Positions 39,241 to 52,679 of a DNA stretch of 64,000 nt are shown here, piece by piece. Within the stretch, counting starts at the first letter, position 1, and each line of letters begins with the position of its first letter. The notes beneath the pieces were generated by a model, which saw nothing but the letters and a program-made list of their open reading frames with translations, was not told the origin of the DNA and ran no database searches. Source of the stretch: Octopus bimaculoides (Eukaryota). The translations under genes were made by a program, and so were the position numbers. The stretch spans positions 107,509,065 through 107,573,064 of the forward strand of contig NC_068985.1 in assembly GCF_001194135.2 (NCBI RefSeq). Reading direction: 5' to 3'.

Positions 39241-40290
39241 TACTCATCTTTTGAGTTCTATTTTTTTGCATCACCAAACCCTATGCATTATATATTTGTG
39301 TGTAGCTATATGGTAATCTATGACCCTGTATACGATGTGAATGCTTTTTTTTTTTTCATGTTAATTTGGAAATAACCATCTGAGTAAGCCGTGACAGAAA
39401 AATGAACAAAAGCGATATCGAAGGAGGTGAAGCTATATTTAATCGTCCGTTAGAAACGTGACATAAAAATCTAGTATCTCTTACAGGCCAGAGTTTTGTT
39501 CCTCTTCCATTCAACATCATATTTAAAAAATGTCGCGCATCAATCCGCTAGAGACGACAAAATAGGATTGATTGTCATATTTAAGTGCATTTTCATGGAA
39601 AATATATTGTAGAGTTATCTCCCTTAGATCGTCTACCATGTATGCACAATCTTTTTCCAGAACAGGACACGCCTCATAGTTAAGCGGGTTGCACAGCGAA
39701 AAAATGTAATGTTATGTTAAGCATGACATTCAGAAAGTCCCGTGGGCCGCAGTTTGTTCATGATTGTGAAATATCACGCATAATTTAACCGAAAGAAGTC
39801 TTGAGTCCTAACTAATAGGCGTAATGCTTTAGGTGCACATATGTGTGTGATATTTTGCCTAACTATACAAAACAAGAGATATACGGGTTCAGTCCCATTG
39901 CGCGGCACCCTGGGTAAGTGTCTTCTACCAAGATCCGGGCTTAGAAATGCCGTGTGAGTGAATTTAGTTGAGTAACAACGGTGCGGAAGCCGGTCGTGTA
40001 TAGGTGTGTGTGTGTGTGTGTGTGTGTTTCTCGCTCGCTCTTGTCGCTTAACCATCACTGTTTATGTCCCCGTAACATAGCGGTTGGCAATATAGACAAA
40101 TAGAATATATAGCAGACTTTAAAAAAAATAAGTACTGGGGTCCATCTGTTCGACTAAGACTAAGCCTCCCAAGCCGGTGACTCGGGGCACCGCCTTCAGG
40201 GATTTGATCGAACACACACACACATCCGAAAAAGCCCACTCTAAAGCATTAAGCGCAGAAATATATTTTCCAGCCAGTTAAACGTGTAGT

Positions 40291-40340
40291 GGCGCGAAAT
40301 TATAGCCGCCATTGAGTAAGTACTATTCTGCGCATGCGCA
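40291..40340. promoter_or_regulatory. Putative housekeeping/cell-cycle promoter: E2F, YY1 and NRF1 motifs
   Basis: GGCGCGAAA (E2F TTTCGCGCC, reverse) at 40291-40299, GCCGCCATT (YY1) at 40305-40313 followed by a gtaagt donor at 40316, and the TGCGCATGCGCA palindrome (NRF1) at 40329-40340. Local CpG enrichment. Confidence 0.6.
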
Positions 40341-41154
40341 GGGGACTTCACCACCGGAATCCTCTCGAGTTGTACATGCGTAGTAAAACTCGTACTTAAG
40401 CAGTTAGTATCAATTTCTCGGTGAGTTGAGCTCAGACCTTCTACATGACAACACCTCGCTCCTCCACGAAGCACTTTTACACTGTTCTCTGGCAGGCATC
40501 AAGGAAGACCTTAACCTTCCATTACCAAACCACAACCCAATCAGCGGCTGCTAAGCTGTATGACAGGAATTGTATAACCAAGTATCATCATAAATAAACC
40601 TTTTTATTATGTTGTTAATTGTTCTGATGTCTCTTCATTCAAAATGCTGTAAAAGGCGATAGAGAGAGACTAAANNNNNNNNNNNNNNNNNNNNNNNNNN
40701 NNNNNNNNNNNNNNNNNNNNNNNNNNNNNNNNNNNNNNNNNNNNNNNNNNNNNNNNNNNNNNNNNNNNNNNNNNNNNNNNNNNNNNNNNNNNNNNNNNNN
40801 NNNNNNNNNNNNNNNNNNNNNNNNNNNNNNNNNNNNNNNNNNNNNNNNNNNNNNNNNNNNNNNNNNNNNNNNNNNNNNNNNNNNNNNNNNNNNNNNNNNN
40901 NNNNNNNNNNNNNNNNNNNNNNNNNNNNNNACACGCATTTAATTTCTCTGTCCTGTCCTGATTATATCTCACTTGAAAAAAAGAAAAAAAAAGAAAATAC
41001 ATACGAGAAGGTCGGTAATTTTTTTTTTTTTTCCTGCAAGCAGTACAAATAACTCACACTCACACAAACAGGAGAAAAAAACAAAAACAAACACCATTGT
41101 TTTTTTGTTTTACGAAAATTTTTTTTCTCTCTCTTTCTCCTATGCACACATGAT

Positions 41155-41247
41155 TCCACTATCTTTTCCAAGATTGATCTGGTTCGCGCTTATCACCAGA
41201 TTCCAGTTAATATAGAGGACATTCTCAAAACTGACATCACTACTCCT
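41155..41247 (+). mobile_element. Ty3/Gypsy reverse transcriptase fragment
   Basis: [31 protein letters not shown]. Confidence 0.85.
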
Positions 41248-41340
41248 AATATCCATCCATCCATCTATCTATCTATCTATCTAGGTTTGCAAGATTCTTT
41301 ATGTGAATTCATGTGTTGAAGCATATTTTATTGTGTTTGA

Positions 41341-41553
41341 GGACAGTCACTCTATTTTAGTGCCTTAGTATTTATTTAACACACTCACCGGTTCGATTTC
41401 TACTCATTTACTTATTTATTTTTCTAAACTTTTCGTTGCGTCTTACAACCTTTTCAATTGAAAATTTTTAGAAAAAAAACAAATAAATGAATGAGTGAAA
41501 ATCGAACCGGTGAGTGTGTTAAATACCAAAGCACTAAAAGAGAATAACTGTCT
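41341..41553. repeat. Foldback element with ~75-bp inverted arms
   Basis: ttaacacactcaccggttcgattt versus aaatcgaaccggtgagtgtgttaa and flanks. Confidence 0.75.
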
Positions 41554-42330
41554 CCAGACACAATAATCTATTTGTGATACATTAAAAGTCAGCTTCAATC
41601 TTGCTTGCTTGTAATGTTAATCAGCGAAACTGGCACATAATGGGAAGATGCGATGAATTAAGTTTACCCTCAAATGTTAAGATGAATCGAATGAAACAAG
41701 TTTCGCGTAAATCAGTAAAGTAGTTTTCAAGATATTAGAGATTTTCAGGGTATAAATACCCAAAACAGTGAGTAATGGGAAAATGTTCCGAAAATAGTCT
41801 TCATTCTGAAAGGGAAGAAACTCTTATCTTTCTATTAGTGAGTTGACAACGAAAAAAAGTCTTTTTTTTTTACAAATTCTATTTACGCTTTTTTCCCTTT
41901 TTTTTTGTTACAAATTCTATTTACGCTTTTGCTAAACACAATATTTTAATCCTTTACAAATATTTTTAAGTGTATATGATTTCAAAAATGTAAGGTGTCT
42001 GTACAATATGTATATTTTAGCTTTCTTTAAACAATGTTTTAATGTTTTTCGAAGTTATTTTCAAGTGAATATCATTACAAATATTTTTTTGGCATATTTG
42101 AAAAATATTCTGAAGTGAAAATGACTTTAAATATATGGTAGATATTTCGTAGACCCGTTCTATGAAATAGTTTTTATCGAGTGCATTCGACACATCTCCT
42201 CTTCAAAGATTTGGCTGGTATTTCTAGCACGCCCTGCTACCATGTAACAGCTATTTGCAATAAAGGACCCAAAATACCTGTTATGTAGTGGCAAGGCGTG
42301 CAGGAAACAGCAACCAAATCTTTCCAACCC

Positions 42331-42844
42331 AAAACGGGGGCGCCAGTTTTCATTTATGTTTTATGTAGTGTTTTTGGTACGGAAAGACTTTCAAACTTCG
42401 TATACTTATCTATTTTGTGTTATAGAACAGAAAAATATTTTTGTATTCGAATTTATTTCATGTAAAAAATTGTATATCGTATTAATCCACTAACCCTAAC
42501 CCTAACTCGAGAATCCGAACTCTAAAATTGTTACACACATAGATACGCACAGCGTAATTTATTATATAAACAATATATGAGTATAAATTACGATTAAACC
42601 GGATGAAATATGTCACAGGGAATAACATTTTTATGACCGCCCAGCAGTAACTCTATTGAGCTGAATAGACGTCAGTGATTGGTTGAAATTACAGAAATAC
42701 GACAACTTTAACATGGAATAACTTGCGAATTCCTTTTTTTTTGTTAAGAAGACTAAGAGTAAAAGATGTTTTATATGACACATTCTACCAGTGTCCCAAG
42801 TTTCGTTAAGAAAATACTGGCACCCCCGTTTTAAAATAGATCCA
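42331..42844. mobile_element. Non-autonomous DNA element, left end truncated, with internal (TAACCC)n
   Basis: Termini aaaacggggg... and ...ccccgttttaaaatagatcca. Reverse-complement homologue of 44290-44832. Confidence 0.75.
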
Positions 42845-43982
42845 AGGCGTGCAGGAAACAGCAACCGAATCTTTCCAACCCACGAAACAAAATTCTGTTG
42901 CTGGGAAATTCAGAGTTTCCCAGTGACTCAACAGGTCACATGTAGTATAATAATACATTGGAAGTCAGATTGAATCTTGCTTGCTTGTAATGTTACTCAG
43001 GCAAACTGTTGCATAATGGGAAAATACTATGAATTAAGTATATATATTAGCTGACGTACCCAGTAATTCCCGGTAAAGCAGGGCTTATCCCTTGGTTCCG
43101 TTCTCACAATTGTTTCGCTAATCCAATAACAACAATACAAAGTATGTATCCCTTAAGACGGTTTTTGTGCCCTTAAAGAGAATACCGAACTCTCTTACAC
43201 AGGATCTTATTTTTAGGAATTCCCAATAAGTTATGAATACCCAAATTGTGAAGTCGGTTATGTGATTACATGAAATTAGTTACCCGGTAGCAAGAATTCA
43301 AATAAAGTAGCCCCGAAAAGGGCTTTAATGTGTTCCCAGAGTATATAGAACATAGGAGGAAATACTAATGAGGTATGTATACTAAAATTGTGAAGCATGT
43401 TACGTAATAACAGGTTAATCAGATATGAGATAATAATTCAAAGTAAATAACTCTGAAAAGTGAGTTTGATTTCTGGACAGGGTTGTGTTCTTGAGCAAGA
43501 CACTTTATTTCAAGTTGCTCAAGTTCACTCAGCTGTAGAAATGATTTGTGATGTCACTGGTGCCAAGCTGTATTGGCCTATACTTTTCGTTTGGATAACA
43601 TCGGTAGCATGGAGAGGGGAGGCTGGTATGCATGGGCAACTGCTGGTCTTCCATAAACAACCTAGCCTGGACTTGTGCCTCAGAGGGGAACTTTCTAGGT
43701 GCAATACCATGGTTATTCATGACCAAAGGAGGGGAGGAAGTTTCTATCTATCTATACATCGAATTTACCTTCTTGTCTTAACCACGTGCATTTTTTATCA
43801 AAATAATCTCACAGCAAATGCAACTTGATCAGGAGCAAAAATATATATCTTTATTGTGCTGAAGGAGTAGTAAGGTGGTTTTTAGAGCCACTTGGCATCT
43901 ATATCTAGCATATTGCAGTGGGTAATCTGCTTACTTTATGAAATCATTAAAATGATTTTATCCTTAATTACATATCTATCTC

Positions 43983-44012
<30 letters not shown>

Positions 44013-44013
<1 letters not shown>

Positions 44014-44950
44014 GAAAGAAAATGGAGATATGGCATTTAATAAAAAATTATTATCTGTAAAAATCAAACATAGTCCCTTACAGCTGTTTCATTTAAACCT
44101 AAAAGATTAAATAGCAATTATTAAAATCATTATATTAGGCAAAATCTCAGAGGAGTAGAAAAAATATACACCGTTGGGTTTTTTATGTGTTGTATTTTAG
44201 AATCATCACAGTAGTCTGAACACATAAGAAACCTAATGGTATATATTCTTTGTACTCCTCTTATGAGATTTTGCCTAATATAATGATTTGGATCTTTTTT
44301 AAAACGGGGGCCACATTTTTCATTAACGAAACACTTTGAAACTTGGAACACTGGTAGAATGTGTCATATAAAACATCTTTTTTCTCTTAGTCTTCTTAAA
44401 AAAAAAAGAAATCCATAAGTTATTCCATGTGAAAGTTGTCGTATTTCTGTAATTTCAACCAATCACTGACGTCCATTCAGCCGACTACATAAACAAACGA
44501 TTCTGAAACAATTAACCCTAACCGTAGGGTTAGGGTTAAAGCAAATTTAAAATTAAAAAAGCAAATAAAACGAAGGTATGGAGATTAAATACGCTTTACA
44601 TCGCTTAATCAGCCAAAGGAGTAAATATAAACAACTGAATACTTGTCAGTGATTGGTTGAAATTATCGAAATAAGACAATTATTTACATGAAATAAATTC
44701 GAATACAAAAATATTTTTCTGTTCTATAACACAAAATAGATAAGTATACGAAGTTTGAAAGTCTTTCCGTACCAAAAACACTACGTAAAACATTAATGAA
44801 AAATGTGGCCCCCGTTTTAAAATAGATCCAATGATTTTAATAATTGCTATTTAATCTTTTAGGCTTAATTGAAACAGCTGTAAAGGACTATGTTTGACTT
44901 TTGCAGATAATAAATTTTTATTAAATGTTATGTCTCCATTTTCTTACTTT
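44013..44950. repeat. Outer ~120-bp inverted repeat arms (44013-44131 and 44831-44950) enclosing the previous element
   Basis: agaaaatggagat...aaatagcaattattaaaatcat and its reverse complement. Confidence 0.75.
44290..44832. mobile_element. Same family, complete, TIR TGGATCT(A/T)TTTTAAAACGGGG
   Basis: Both TIRs present, internal aaccctaaccgtagggttagggtt. Confidence 0.8.
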
Positions 44951-47900
44951 CTTTTGAATGATTATAAACCATGGATTATAAATAAACCTATTGTTTTATG
45001 AATATTATTATTCACAATAAATATTAGGTATTAAACCAGTAATTCATTGGATGATACCATCCCTTAATGAGCCTAATTTAACCTCTAATTAAATATATAT
45101 ATGTGTGTTATAGTGATAGTGTATATCATTAGATACACCATATAAAATATATATACACTATATAAGTATATTGGTATGCTATATGCATGTAATATTTGTA
45201 GTATAATGTTGGTGGTGCAGTGTTAGCAGAATTTAGTGTTATGGTGGTATATGGCAGTGTCTTCACATTTTTATGAAGATAACAGGGAGGGGGAAGTAAA
45301 AGAGAAGAAAATAACAGAAAAATGACAAACAGAGAAAGTGTTTAATATTGGAAATATGACTTTATTATTTTTTTTTCTGTGATTGTTGTCAGAATTATGG
45401 AAACTGATGATGATACTGACAGTTGTGGCCACTGTTAACAGCAGCAAGTACTTCCAGAGTAAGCATGCTGCATACAGTGACCCTTTTAGTTAACAGAACT
45501 ACTACCCCAGGTAGGTGTCTATTTTATTGTACAACACACACACATACACACATATGGAGAGAAAGAGAGAGACACACAAAGACAGGTGTATATACATGCC
45601 CACATAGAGAGCTTGAGTGGTATGCACAGAGACAGGTGGACAAATGCTTGTAGAAAGAGACAAAGACAGAAAGATAGAAAAATAGATAAACACATGCATA
45701 CACACACATACATATATACAGAGAGACTAGCAGAAAGATGAACAAGAACACAGAAAAAAGATGTTAAATTACTGCTGAACTGCTATTGACCAAAGTATGA
45801 CTAAGAGTTTTATTTTTATATTATATAGCAGTTAGTTGACATATATAGTGTTAGGACAAGAAACAAAGGAGGACATTCATTACTGCATATAGAAATCTGA
45901 AGACAAAAATATATAAATGCGACATATGATTACTAAAAATGCTTTTTTACTCTCTTTTTGGATGGATTTCNNNNNNNNNNNNNNNNNNNNNNNNNNNNNN
46001 NNNNNNNNNNNNNNNNNNNNNNNNNNNNNNNNNNNNNNNNNNNNNNNNNNNNNNNNNNNNNNNNCAGTGTCCTACTATATGGCTCTTGGCACTGGCTACT
46101 TAAAGAAAAAAAGTGAATACCGAGTTCCACAAGGCACAGGTCATAGAAGCCATAACTTTAAATTAATTTAGATGCATGTGTCATTGTTGAAAAAAAAAAA
46201 ATACCTCAATCTAATTCCAAAATTCAACGAAGATCAGCTCTCTCACTGAAAGGTAATATTTGTGCCTGGAGAATTATATAAAATAACATCCACACTCACA
46301 AATATATATGTATGAATTTTTCTGCAGTGAATGCTGGAGGCGATTTTGATAGTATTACAGAATCTGGTTAATTGCCTAGCATAATAATATCAGCCAATAT
46401 TCTGATACATGTATGTTTTATAAAACTTAAAATACTAGTAGCATTAGCTCTAACTGGACACAAGCTGGGGCTTGATTAACCCCAGCTGGGTTGCCTGGGG
46501 AAGGGCACCTGATGTTGAAATAAACTTGAAACACCGAATGACCCCCAAGAAACATTACTAATAATGTGTCCAGGTGCATCACAGGAAAAATTACACACAC
46601 ACACACAACTTACACATACACACAATTAAACCAGAAAACTGCTTTTGACTGACTTATTGGGTATGAATTATAAATTCACTGAAGGATATTATCCTACCCA
46701 GTTGTGGTAGCAGGCATTAAGTACTACATTAAAGAGATGACACAGAACCACATCTGAGACAAACTATTGAATGATATAACCATATCTCCATTTATCAATT
46801 TAAGTTCATGACTCACTAGAAAGTGAATGAAAATGACATACACTATATTGTGAGCAGCGTCTATGAATCTTTAAAGCTAATTCCTTAATTCAAGCCAACA
46901 CATACACACACACACACACACACAATTTTTGTAAGGAAAAGGTTGACTGTGACAGTTGTCAAAGAGTTTGATGGCTGTTTGTAAACCAAAATTTCAAAGT
47001 CAGTCAACTTCTTCCTTGTAAAACTTAGTAAAAAGTATGGAGTGATCCTTTAATGTTAAATTGTTTTTATATATAATTAAACAAACAAATATATATAATT
47101 ATCTTTACTCTCTTAACTATACTACTTATTGGACTTCGTACCACTCATATTATATACACACACATCTACACCTTGCATAGTTTTGATATTGGAAGTCTCC
47201 CTTATTATAAGCTTATAGAATTGTCTAGCTCTAGGTCTAACTCTGGAATGGAGGGATCATTGAATAGAAAGGAGTCAGTGAGAGAACTGTTCCTCAAAGA
47301 AGTATTCATTGGAAATTCATTTAATGTAACTTAACAACAGTGAAATCTGTCCTGCACATAAGAGACACCACTGCTGCTCAAAAAGCAACTCAGTTAAACA
47401 CACTGTCAAAAAAAAAAATAGTTTAAACATGAAGCAGATAGTTATTTGCCAGTAGTTAAGAATAGGTTACATATCAGGAGACAAAAGTATTTGGATAATA
47501 ATAATCTGGAGTCAGTGTTGATCACGTGATTAGAGATAGTGTGAATCTGAAGAAAGAAAAGCAAGCCACAAATGTGAAGTTAATGAATATGAGAGCAGCG
47601 TGCATGAGTGAATTCAACAGAAGAAGTATGAAGCATTAGCCTAGTTATATTTCCTCTCCTTATGGTGGGGCTAGAACAGCATTAATTCCTGCCAAAACTG
47701 GTGTATGTGTTGGTGTGTGTGTGTGTCCATTCTTGGAATGTGTTCTGATCTGATGTAAATTATTCTATTTTGAGATCCCTGCCACATCATTAAGCTGACA
47801 ATAGGAGATAGTCAACGCAGGTAGAATCAACAACATGGACTGTGTGAATTTTCACCATGTGAATTGTTGGGTAGAAGTAGTCCAAGACTTCTCCATCATG

Positions 47901-50900
47901 AAAACTATTGGAAAAATGAGAGAAGATTTAAGGAAAGCATTTATCTTCCTCGGCCAAATTTGCAATGACCAAATATGGTCAGGCTTATATCGTGGTCTAA
48001 TTCAGAAAAAGTTCATGTTGTAGGAAGGTAATATACAGTAGTCATGAAGGGAGACATTTCAAATGATAAAAATATTAGGGAGCCATGAAAATTAGAAAGG
48101 GAAGAGTTCCATGAATTATAATTATAGTGGTGGGTGTAAATTTTGTAGTTGTTTAACCCAAAGTCAACTCTGGTTAAGCAGACCTTTGATCAAAGGAACT
48201 CCAGCTGTGATCATCCCATCTTTGAAGAGGTATCTAGTATCACATTATCTAACATGTCATTTGCATTTTTAAGACAGTAGGGTGTGATTTGAGGGAGATT
48301 TAGCTGCTATTTCCAGCAACATAAAGAGGCTCAAGTTAGTGGAGGTGGGACTTTTATGTCATGAGTTTGTGGCGAGATCCTAGCAGAATGATAGCAGAGA
48401 GGTAATGGGAAAAGTAAGGGTTAGTGTAAACTGAATACAGAGGAAAAGCTAGCTTCAGTTGAAGTGAGATATATGTAGCATGTAACTTTAGTTGGCTTCA
48501 TGAATGATAGTGAGGAGGTGACACAGAATCAGAGAGACAGAGAGAGAAGCTATATTTTTGTCATGGGTATAAATCATTGTAATTTCCAGTAGGTAGCTGG
48601 CAAAAGGACTGCTTCACTTCTAAGTTGTGAGTAGTTCAGTTACTTTCAGTTAAATAATGTTTGAAATATATGTGCTTTCAATATATATATATATAGAACT
48701 AGCTGATTGATATTGCAGTGAACAGACAAGAATAAACTGATATTGCAATGAAAAGACAGGGAAAAGACTGATATTGCAGTGAACAAACAATAATAACTGA
48801 TCAACATTGCAGTCAACAGATACAGAACAATTGACAGTTACAACTTTTGGACTGTTTTAGCACTACATGTTTGGAAGATGAGAATTTGTTTTATTTTAAT
48901 ATGAGATTGTCATAATGTTGGAAAATATGAAAATTTGAAGAAAAACAGCTGCAAGGTATTGTCTTTTTTCTTTCTTTTTTTTTTTTTTTGCATGTATAAG
49001 ACATTCAGATGTTATTGGTGAAAGTCAGTTGAGTTTTATAACAAATTGTTATAATTAAGACCCTATCATATTGCTATTATGCTCTAACTGAACCAAAGAA
49101 CAAAAGTAATACTCGGCTAAATCCATAATGTCACTTTTGAAATTTTATTTCTCTAAATGCTTTCATAATAAAATATATGCAGGGAGAATGTACAAAGGGG
49201 AGAGAAAAAGTAACCATTTGCTATTGACCATTTGTTATTTACATGGCATCTAAAGATGTTTTGTTCCATCTCAAATTGCTATCTTGCATCTCCCAGCTAC
49301 TGTCTCTTTTGCTCTTTGCAATGAGACAAAGTAATTTAGTAATAAAGAGAAACTTGCTAAATATTCAGATTCCAAAAATAATGATTTAACAACTTCTGGT
49401 TTTCACTTAAAAAAAATTCTAGTAGAAAACAACTACCAGTTTGTAAGAGTATGAAATATGACTTCTTACTGTGAGGTGCACAAAGTGCCACATTTTAAAA
49501 GAGGAGGTAAGTGGGGTTGAGATGTGGTGTCTCTCATCAGGGGATTAATGGAGAAAGTGAGTTAACATGGCACCAAAAGGAAATCAAAACTGGGCCTCGC
49601 ACTTCACTTAGCATGAGATTTTTTTTCTACTATTGTATGAAAAATATATAGAAAAGGTGAAAGATGTGTTTGTTTGTTTATATATATGAATATATATATT
49701 ATATATATCATACAGACAACACATTATATATTATATGTAGTTGAATGATAAAAGCAGGGTGAGGTGTCAGGAATGATTGTACTAAACAAACAGACCAATC
49801 ATTGGTTTGCATCACACTGCAGCTGGAAAAGGCAATAGGAGATTGTTGATATAACACACACAAGAGAAGCTTCTAGTTTATCTGCATTGATTGACGAAGT
49901 CTGACTACATAGTTGTGAATTAGATGCAGACACCAATTTCCATATAATGGAATAGAGCAGAAGGCAAGTTCTAGTTTTATCTAATATATATATAGATATG
50001 TATATTCTTGTGTTTGCTACCAGTTTTTATGCATACAAATTTTGTTAAAAATTACTGGCCTGGTAAAGAATTTCACTGGTTAAAAGTATATCTATATATA
50101 TGTATATTTACATACTAAGTTTGCAGAAAAAAATATATAGCTTTTAAGTTTTATTCATTGTCTCAAACTTTAAAAAAATTTTTCTTTCTTTTTCAGTTAA
50201 TCATGTATTTTTCATACGTGTACAAATTTTCCTTTTGAGGCACCAAAGGCATGCAAGCTTCACAGGGACATGAGAAAGAATGGAGACAGTGACATGGTGA
50301 ATGAAGTGAAACAGTTAGTTGACTACAGGCAGATATCTGTAAGTACTATAAGTGAAGCCAGACACACATCATGCAGATTAACAATTTACAGGAAATGAAT
50401 CTCAATAGAACAGATATGAATCTAGAAAAATAGTCAATGAATTGACAGACACAGAAACCCTAAATTATATGGAGAGAATCAAAATAAATAATACAAATAG
50501 ACAGTTTGGCATGTTGTTGAAAAATTCCCAAACTGGATATTGGGGTGGCGGCATAGGTAACTATTAGTAATTTAGTCCACTAACAAGTAGGTAGTCTAAT
50601 AATAGATATACTGTCATATTGCTACTATCTATTCTAAACTAAATAAAGGAAGAAAACGGAGATATAACATCAACAACAGATGAGGTGGGATGGGATTTTA
50701 AAGTAAAACATAAAAAAAGGGGGGAAAAATTACAAGAAAATTAAGTCACATGAAATTGTTGGAACATTTTCAGATTTTTCAGTGGGAAGGGGGATGGGAG
50801 TGCAACTGAGGTAACCAGCTGATCCCATAAAGGTCCTTGTTTAGTCCAGGGAAAATGATGGCAGTGATGCTTGGAAGTTGCTGCAAAATACAGGCCTGGA

Positions 50901-51195
50901 TTGTTTGCAGATTTGAAGCAACTGGTGCACAAAATGAACAACAAAAGCACCAACATCAGTATCTGTGATGTAGACTGCCGAGTATGAAGAGAATCCAGTT
51001 CAGGACCAACTGGTAACATGACTGGTAGGGTTCCTTGTTTGGGATCAACTGGCACTGAGAACTCTTCAACTTGTCCAAAGAAATTGGCAGCAGTTAGGAG
51101 TAGAAAGAAGCTTGTGTTCATGGTCATCCAATAATAATGTTAATAATGATAATAATAATCATATCAGTAATGAAAATAATATCAATAACAATTGA

Positions 51196-51315
51196 TCATT
51201 CCAGTTTTGTATTTGCAGCAACTTTAGCGTGAATTTTGGCATGAACTTTCAAATATTCTGGACGATTTTCCAGTTTTTCGTTGACATGTTTTAATTTTTC
51301 ATCTTTTTCTTCTTC
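51196..51315 (-). CDS. FAM107: FAM107 last coding exon: EEEKDEKLKHVNEKLENRPEYLKVHAKIHAKVAANTKLE-stop
   Basis: Long poly-T tract then tag acceptor, phase 0, TGA at 51198-51196. ENRPEYLKV resembles the FAM107 C-terminal ENAPEFVKV. Spliced product is 141 aa from ATG 57607 or 153 aa from ATG 60228. Confidence 0.88.
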   Translation of the reverse strand, partial: EEEKDEKLKHVNEKLENRPEYLKVHAKIHAKVAANTKLE

Positions 51316-52679
51316 CTAAAAAGATAAAAAAAAAAGAAGAATATTTATTAAGAATGATGAGATGGTAGAGTTATTGTATTGACCAGATGGTATTGAGGCA
51401 AATCTTTTTTACAGCTTGATGCTTTTCATATTGCCAACAAATAAGTTAAAACTTCCTCTTGGTCAAACACGTTTTCATGAAAAACTGGAAATGAGTAATG
51501 CCCCTTATATGATGATGACTGCTTGTTCACAATTATAATGCAATGTCAAAACTAGGACGAGTATACACACACATACATGACAGGCTCCTTTCAGTTTCCA
51601 TTTCCCAAATCCACTCACAAAGTTTTCGCTGGTCAAAGCCTATAATAGAAGACACCAGCCCATGGTGCCAGCAAGTGTCTTCTGGGGCCGTGTGATAGAA
51701 ACTGACAAAAGCTCATCACGTGTGTGTGTGTGTGCATGCATGTTTGTGTTTATTTGCCATCAAATTGTAGCCATTTGAGCAGGGGTGGTGATAATGTTTA
51801 GCTCATGGTTTTGCCATGTGTGTAGATCAGAGGAATAACAATACTTTACTTGAAAAACAGCTATGGGTTGGCAACAAGCAGAGCATCTACTAGCATAGAA
51901 AAGGTGCATGTAAAAACAATAATGATGATCTGTCAAATACTGAATCATTAAAAAAAAAAATAATTACTAGTACCCCATTCCTAATTTTTGTGACCCTACG
52001 TTATATAAGAACCCATTATTATTGTTGTGAATGAAGGAAACACGAGTAAACAACTTCACTTTCAGAGGAAGAGGTGTATGACACAGTTGTCTCCCTTAGA
52101 CACCAATCTAGCCAACATTACTAAATATTCCAAGCCAGAGATATATTATTTAAGAGAAAAACAGGGAAGGTGTTTTGACAGTCATGCTTTTCCAAACATC
52201 ATTACGTTACCAAAAATGAAATTTAATCTGAATACAATTTTACTTCACTGCAGCGGAGTAACTGACAAGCCTAACTGCTGCCCCAAATACTTTAAACTTC
52301 CAATACTTTTGAACTATGATGCACGTCAGAGCCTAACTTCCTGATCAATAACAGATACCAGTTCTAAGTTACATTTTAATATCTGTTAGTCTTCCCCAAG
52401 CCTTGCTTTAACTATAGGTGAACAAGAGTTTTGTTTATGTTTGAGGATAATGTTGCTAGTGAGAGGTTGCAACCGTTTCCCCATTATGATTGAACTGACG
52501 TAAATGAAAACAGAAAGCATCTTTTTTCAAATGTTTTTAACAGCTGAAGGATGCAGATGAAACTCAGTGTTGACCAAGTGGACTGAGTCTTGAAGAATGA
52601 AAAACCAATTTGGTCTTGTACAATGTTGTATACTCTACTGGGATCACATATCCAGAACAAGTGCTTTGGATCAGGCACC

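Noticed and set aside
42490-42505. Telomeric repeats
   Set aside because: Only 2-3 units, internal to a repeat family; not a chromosome end.
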